Source of the DNA: Ignavibacteriota bacterium
GTDB lineage: Bacteria > Bacteroidota > Ignavibacteria > Palsa-1295
Direction: 5' to 3'
DNA: 64,000 nt
NCBI GenBank assembly: GCA_963787835.1
Contig: CAWBEI010000004.1
Span: forward strand, 32,001 to 96,000
Positions 60,037-64,000 of the stretch are shown here, piece after piece. Both the position numbers and the translations under genes were made by a program. The notes below the pieces were generated by a model, which was given only the letters and a program-made list of their open reading frames with translations, did no database searches and had not been told where the DNA came from. Position 1 is the first letter of the stretch; every line of letters starts with the position of its first letter.

Positions 60037-60352
60037 TGAATTTTATTCGTATTTTTGTAGGCACTCTGAAATGGAATCGGACCTCATAGAGTTCTCCCAT
60101 CGGTTCGCCGAATGGCATTGCCCGTGAGACATCCTCCCTCAAGGATTAATCTCGTTTTCATGCAGGAGCGCCAAAGTTTTATTAATTTCGCATTCGAATA
60201 CTGCGCGCTCGCTGTGGAAGAGTGAAAATTATGTAAAAATAATGGTAATTTTCAAGAAACATGGGGGCACAGGATCCGCTCGAAGAGAGTTTGATCATTT
60301 AAGATCCTAATGCTATTTCGAGAGAGGCACGCAGGCTTCCCAGGAGATAACA

Positions 60353-61159
60353 ATGCATTTTAGCACCGATCAACAAGACGATATTACGATCTTCCGTTTG
60401 CGAGAGGAACGGCTCGATTCCCGGAACGCCGGGCAACTCAAGGCCGAATTCCTTATCCTCGCACAGCCGGATATTCAAACGCTGATCGTCGATCTGAGCG
60501 AAGTCCGCCACGTCGATAGTGCCGGCCTTTCGGCGCTCTTGCTGGCGCAGCGCCAGATGGCCGTGCATGAAGGTGAACTTCGGCTTGCCGGCGTAACCGA
60601 GGAAGTGCTTTCACTGCTGAGAATGACACAATTAGACAGAGTTTTTCGTATTTTTAATACCGTGGAGGATGCCCGCGCGGCGGCTCCGAACTTCCGCGAC
60701 GCATGGGAACGTAAAGCGTGGGAAGAAGAGCATGGTCGCGAAGCACCCTCGACGGATCAGAATTTCAATGGCGGGATCGGCGCCGCGCTTTCACGAGGTT
60801 CGGAGGCGCCCGGCGCCCGGGCTCTGCGAGCAGGCGCTCTTGCCGCCGGTGGTTCCTTAGGAGCCGTAGCTTTAGAACATATTATTATGACAACACCTTT
60901 GGACGACGAATTAGAACTACCCACCTTCCTCGCCCTTGGCGACGAAGAGGATGATGACGACGATGATATCGACGATTTCGATGAGGATTTCGATGACGAT
61001 CTCGATGAAGAGGACGACATCGAAGAGGATGAGGAAGTCGCCGATAAAGATAAGCCAGAAGCCGAAGAAGAAGTGGTGCCCGATGATCTCGACGAGGATT
61101 TCGAAGACGATGATTGGGACGACGAAGAATTAGACGAAGACGAAGAAGACGATTATTAA
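60353..61159 (+). CDS. STAS-domain (anti-sigma antagonist-like) protein with long acidic tail
   Basis: VDLSEVRHVDSAGLSALL; C-terminal ~70 aa mostly D/E. Confidence 0.88.
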   Translation: MHFSTDQQDDITIFRLREERLDSRNAGQLKAEFLILAQPDIQTLIVDLSEVRHVDSAGLSALLLAQRQMAVHEGELRLAGVTEEVLSLLRMTQLDRVFRIFNTVEDARAAAPNFRDAWERKAWEEEHGREAPSTDQNFNGGIGAALSRGSEAPGARALRAGALAAGGSLGAVALEHIIMTTPLDDELELPTFLALGDEEDDDDDDIDDFDEDFDDDLDEEDDIEEDEEVADKDKPEAEEEVVPDDLDEDFEDDDWDDEELDEDEEDDY

Positions 61160-61273
61160 TTCAACGAAGAGTTAGTAATTTAAAATTAAGAGTTGGGGGA
61201 ATTCCGATGCGTTTGAAAAACGAGTCGGTTTTTCCCTCTTTTTGCTTCCGTAACTTTTGCAGGGAATAATGCT

Positions 61274-61642
61274 ATGGAAATCGAACAAGTGTACCGCGTT
61301 GCTTACGATGCATTCACCCATGCGCTCGATCAAAAACTGACGACGCCGGAAACGGATGTATCCATCGCGCCGAAATTCTATCATGGCACGATGGTGCTGA
61401 AGCCGCGCGATCCTTCCATGCAATCGAAGGAAGTGGATCTTGAAGTATTTTTTAAAAAGATCATCTCGCTTCGCAATAATTTGCGCGTTTTGGAGCAGAA
61501 GATCAACAGCAGCGCCCTTGAAGAAGCGGAAAAAATTGAGTTACAAGGTTACATCACCCGTTGCTATGGCAGCCTGACGACCTTTAATGTTCTTTTTCAG
61601 GAACCGGAAGACCGGTTTGTGGGAGCGTCGAAAGAAATGTAA
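61274..61642 (+). CDS. Conserved hypothetical protein
   Basis: FFKKIISLRNNLRVLEQKIN...YITRCYGSLTTFNVLF; clean ORF. Confidence 0.75.
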   Translation: MEIEQVYRVAYDAFTHALDQKLTTPETDVSIAPKFYHGTMVLKPRDPSMQSKEVDLEVFFKKIISLRNNLRVLEQKINSSALEEAEKIELQGYITRCYGSLTTFNVLFQEPEDRFVGASKEM

Positions 61643-61645
61643 CCT

Positions 61646-62047
61646 TTAATTCACTCCCCAAAGTATATCATGGAGTTGGCGGGGTGATAGAATTTTTATC
61701 GGAGGCTTGACAAGAACAAGTAAGTCTTTATCCCCGGACACAAGTAGATCGGCTTTAGATGCGACAGCGGCAGAAAGAATCGGAACGTCGGTAAGATCCC
61801 GAATGGGGAAATCAAGAGCTTCATAAGTAGTTATAATTTCACAACCGGCTATCAACTGTTCCCTTATCTCGATAAGTTCACGTTTTGTTGCTCCAAGCTT
61901 CGCTTCGAGATTACGTTCAAGCTCTTCGATCACATAGGTTGAAATAACAATGGTGTGGTGAAGGCTGCACTCGCTAAAAATTTTGAGACACAATCCAGGA
62001 TAACCGAATGCGCTGAACAATACATTCGTATCGAAAAAGATCCTCAC
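61646..62047 (-). CDS. PIN-family toxin
   Basis: FFDTNVLFSA, IRDLTD, VSGDKDLL. Confidence 0.9.
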   Translation of the reverse strand: MRIFFDTNVLFSAFGYPGLCLKIFSECSLHHTIVISTYVIEELERNLEAKLGATKRELIEIREQLIAGCEIITTYEALDFPIRDLTDVPILSAAVASKADLLVSGDKDLLVLVKPPIKILSPRQLHDILWGVN

Positions 62048-62259
62048 GAAACCGCATTGAGGAAATCATCCTCACTCAGGAAGCCTCGTTCTGCTGCTCG
62101 TTTGCTGAGTGAATTGTTCATATCTTCCAGCCAGTCTATAAACAATCGCCGCCGTACCGCATCAGCAGCGATGGCTTCGGGTTGCTGGTGCTCGCGTTGA
62201 GAAAGCTCCAAAAGTCGGCTACTGGTGCGATCATCGAGCTGAATTGTGAGAGTTGTCAT
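62044..62259 (-). CDS. RHH/CopG-like antitoxin
   Basis: MTTLTIQLD...AAERGFLSEDD; overlaps the toxin start. Confidence 0.8.
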   Translation of the reverse strand: MTTLTIQLDDRTSSRLLELSQREHQQPEAIAADAVRRRLFIDWLEDMNNSLSKRAAERGFLSEDDFLNAVS

Positions 62260-62295
62260 GATAAAACAACCATTATGATCGTAAAAAAGGTTGCG

Positions 62296-63999
62296 TTACC
62301 GTAATCCTTCCAGCACAACTTCCAACTCCGCTTCGCTCTCGCACAACACTTGTCTCCCTTTCGAGCCATCGAAAGCACCAACGATCGCGGCGGCTTCCAA
62401 TTCATCCATCACGCGCGCCGCGCGGGAATAACCGATCTTTAATCGGCGCTGTAACAAAGAAACGCTCCCTTGCTGGTGGCGCACGACGGTCTTCGCTGCT
62501 TCCTCGAACAATTCATCGCGGTCATCGCCATCATCGATCTCTACTTCATCATCGTCGTCATCACGTCGGAGGGAAGGAAGCGTCCACGGGCGAGAGTAAC
62601 TTAATTTATCTCCATCCTGCATAGCAACGGCGTCGATCATGGCTTCGACTTCATCGGTCGAAATATACGGCGATTGCAAACGTATTGGCTTTGGCGTACC
62701 GCTCGGCTGATAGAGCATGTCTCCATTGCCCATGAGCTGTTCCGCGCCCATAACATCTAGAATAGTTCTCGAATCCACGCGCGTTGCAACCTGATACGCC
62801 ATGCGCGCAGGGAAATTTGCTTTGATAACGCCGGTAATGACATCCACTGAAGGCCGCTGCGTCGCAAGGATCATGTGGATGCCGACGGCGCGGGCCATTT
62901 GCGCAATGCGGCAAATGGGTTCCTCGATCTCACGCGCTGCCGTTATCATCAGATCCGCAAGTTCATCGATGATGACGACAATATACGGCAAATGATAATG
63001 CTGCTCCTCTTGCGTAGAGCGCAGCTTGCCTTGCGCGACTTTGATGTTGTAATCGGCAAGCGACCGCACCGCCGCCTTCGCAAGTTTATCATAGCGCCGT
63101 TCCATTTCAAGTTCGACGGCTTTTAGCGCAAGTACCGCGTAAGCAGGGGTGGTCACGATGTCCTCACCGGCTTCCGGAGAGACGATAAGATAATGCTTGC
63201 GTAACTTTTTGTACAGTGAAAGCTCGATCTTTTTCGGATCGACGATCACGAACTTTACATCCCGTGGCGATTTCGCATAGAGCAAGCTCGCCAGAATGCC
63301 GTTCACTCCGACGGATTTTCCGGAGCCCGTCGCGCCCGCAATAAGCAAATGCGGCATCTTGTTCAGATCATCGACATACACATCGCCGGAGATCGTCATC
63401 CCGAGCGCGAGCGGAAGGTTCATCTTCGTATTGCGGAAGCTATCGCTTTCGAGCAAGGAACGAATACGGACGATCTTGGCCGTGTCGTTCGGGATCTCCA
63501 CGCCAATGGTTCCGCGCCCTGGGATGGGAGCAATGATGCGGATGCCGCGGGCTTTCATGGCAAGCGCGATATCATCCGTGAGATTTTCCACTCGCGAAAC
63601 CTTTACGCCCTCCGCCGGGGTGAATTCATACAGCGTCACGACCGGCCCCGGCGTAACAGTAATGTTTTCGATCTCAACGCCAAAGGTGGCAAGCTTATCT
63701 CGAAGTAAGCGTCCTTTTTTGGCAAGCTCTTCATCGTTGGCATCGAGGGCATCTTTGGGATCCGCAGGCGTGAGAATCTCCAAACTTGGATTGCGATACT
63801 TCGAGAGTATTTCCAAATAGGGATTTTCTGGCACGACGGGTTTCATACCCTCCTCATAGAACAGATCTTCGGCAACTTTCGGGGTTCCCCAATCGGTGGA
63901 TAGCACCACGGGCGGAGGAACCGGAATTTCAGAGGCTACCGAGTGTGGCAGTGCCTCATTAGATAGAACTTTCTCATTACCGAGCAATACCGGCGCAGA
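62296..63999 (-). CDS. ftsK: DNA translocase FtsK (5' part outside the window)
   Basis: PHLLIAGATGSGKS, IDELADLM, ATQRPSVDV, gamma domain LQRRLKIGYSRAAR. Confidence 0.97.
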   Translation of the reverse strand, partial: SAPVLLGNEKVLSNEALPHSVASEIPVPPPVVLSTDWGTPKVAEDLFYEEGMKPVVPENPYLEILSKYRNPSLEILTPADPKDALDANDEELAKKGRLLRDKLATFGVEIENITVTPGPVVTLYEFTPAEGVKVSRVENLTDDIALAMKARGIRIIAPIPGRGTIGVEIPNDTAKIVRIRSLLESDSFRNTKMNLPLALGMTISGDVYVDDLNKMPHLLIAGATGSGKSVGVNGILASLLYAKSPRDVKFVIVDPKKIELSLYKKLRKHYLIVSPEAGEDIVTTPAYAVLALKAVELEMERRYDKLAKAAVRSLADYNIKVAQGKLRSTQEEQHYHLPYIVVIIDELADLMITAAREIEEPICRIAQMARAVGIHMILATQRPSVDVITGVIKANFPARMAYQVATRVDSRTILDVMGAEQLMGNGDMLYQPSGTPKPIRLQSPYISTDEVEAMIDAVAMQDGDKLSYSRPWTLPSLRRDDDDDEVEIDDGDDRDELFEEAAKTVVRHQQGSVSLLQRRLKIGYSRAARVMDELEAAAIVGAFDGSKGRQVLCESEAELEVVLEGLR

Positions 64000-64000
64000 T

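Overview
A 64-kb bacterial chromosomal segment. Several T9SS C-terminal-domain proteins and a PorD/DUF4835 homologue point to an FCB-group (Bacteroidota/Chlorobiota-related) host; this placement is an inference. The core genes are secA, dnaK, pdxS/pdxT, hutG, a 2-oxoacid dehydrogenase E2, amt, holA, ftsK and tRNA-Ser(GCT). Accessory DNA is dense: a mobile-looking left end (serine recombinase plus a dinB-DUF72-dnaE2 mutagenesis cassette), a REP-associated Y1 transposase next to a HEPN gene, six toxin-antitoxin pairs, at least six palindromic repeat families, and an island encoding a (GGG[G/N/D]P)n protein, an ankyrin lipoprotein and a 2OG-Fe(II) oxygenase. Five observations stand out. (1) A palindromic motif ATAGG-CA-CCTAT occurs at the mutagenesis-cassette promoter and 12-13 bp downstream of a TATATT -10 box at three other promoters, suggesting an undescribed SOS-type operator. 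(2) Two dispersed copies of a ~265-bp promoter-operator-hairpin-boxA-like element each carry a conserved micro-ORF (MGAQWLIEN...YERVL). (3) A tRNA-like RNA whose anticodon loop is replaced by a long hairpin lies upstream of a Schlafen/AlbA_2 gene and dnaK. (4) Two TA islets are inserted at gene 3' ends with 57-77-bp duplications. (5) Hairpin direct repeats delimit small gene cassettes. About six small-indel frameshifts, most restorable by adding 1-2 nt, suggest long-read consensus errors, so pseudogene calls are tentative.
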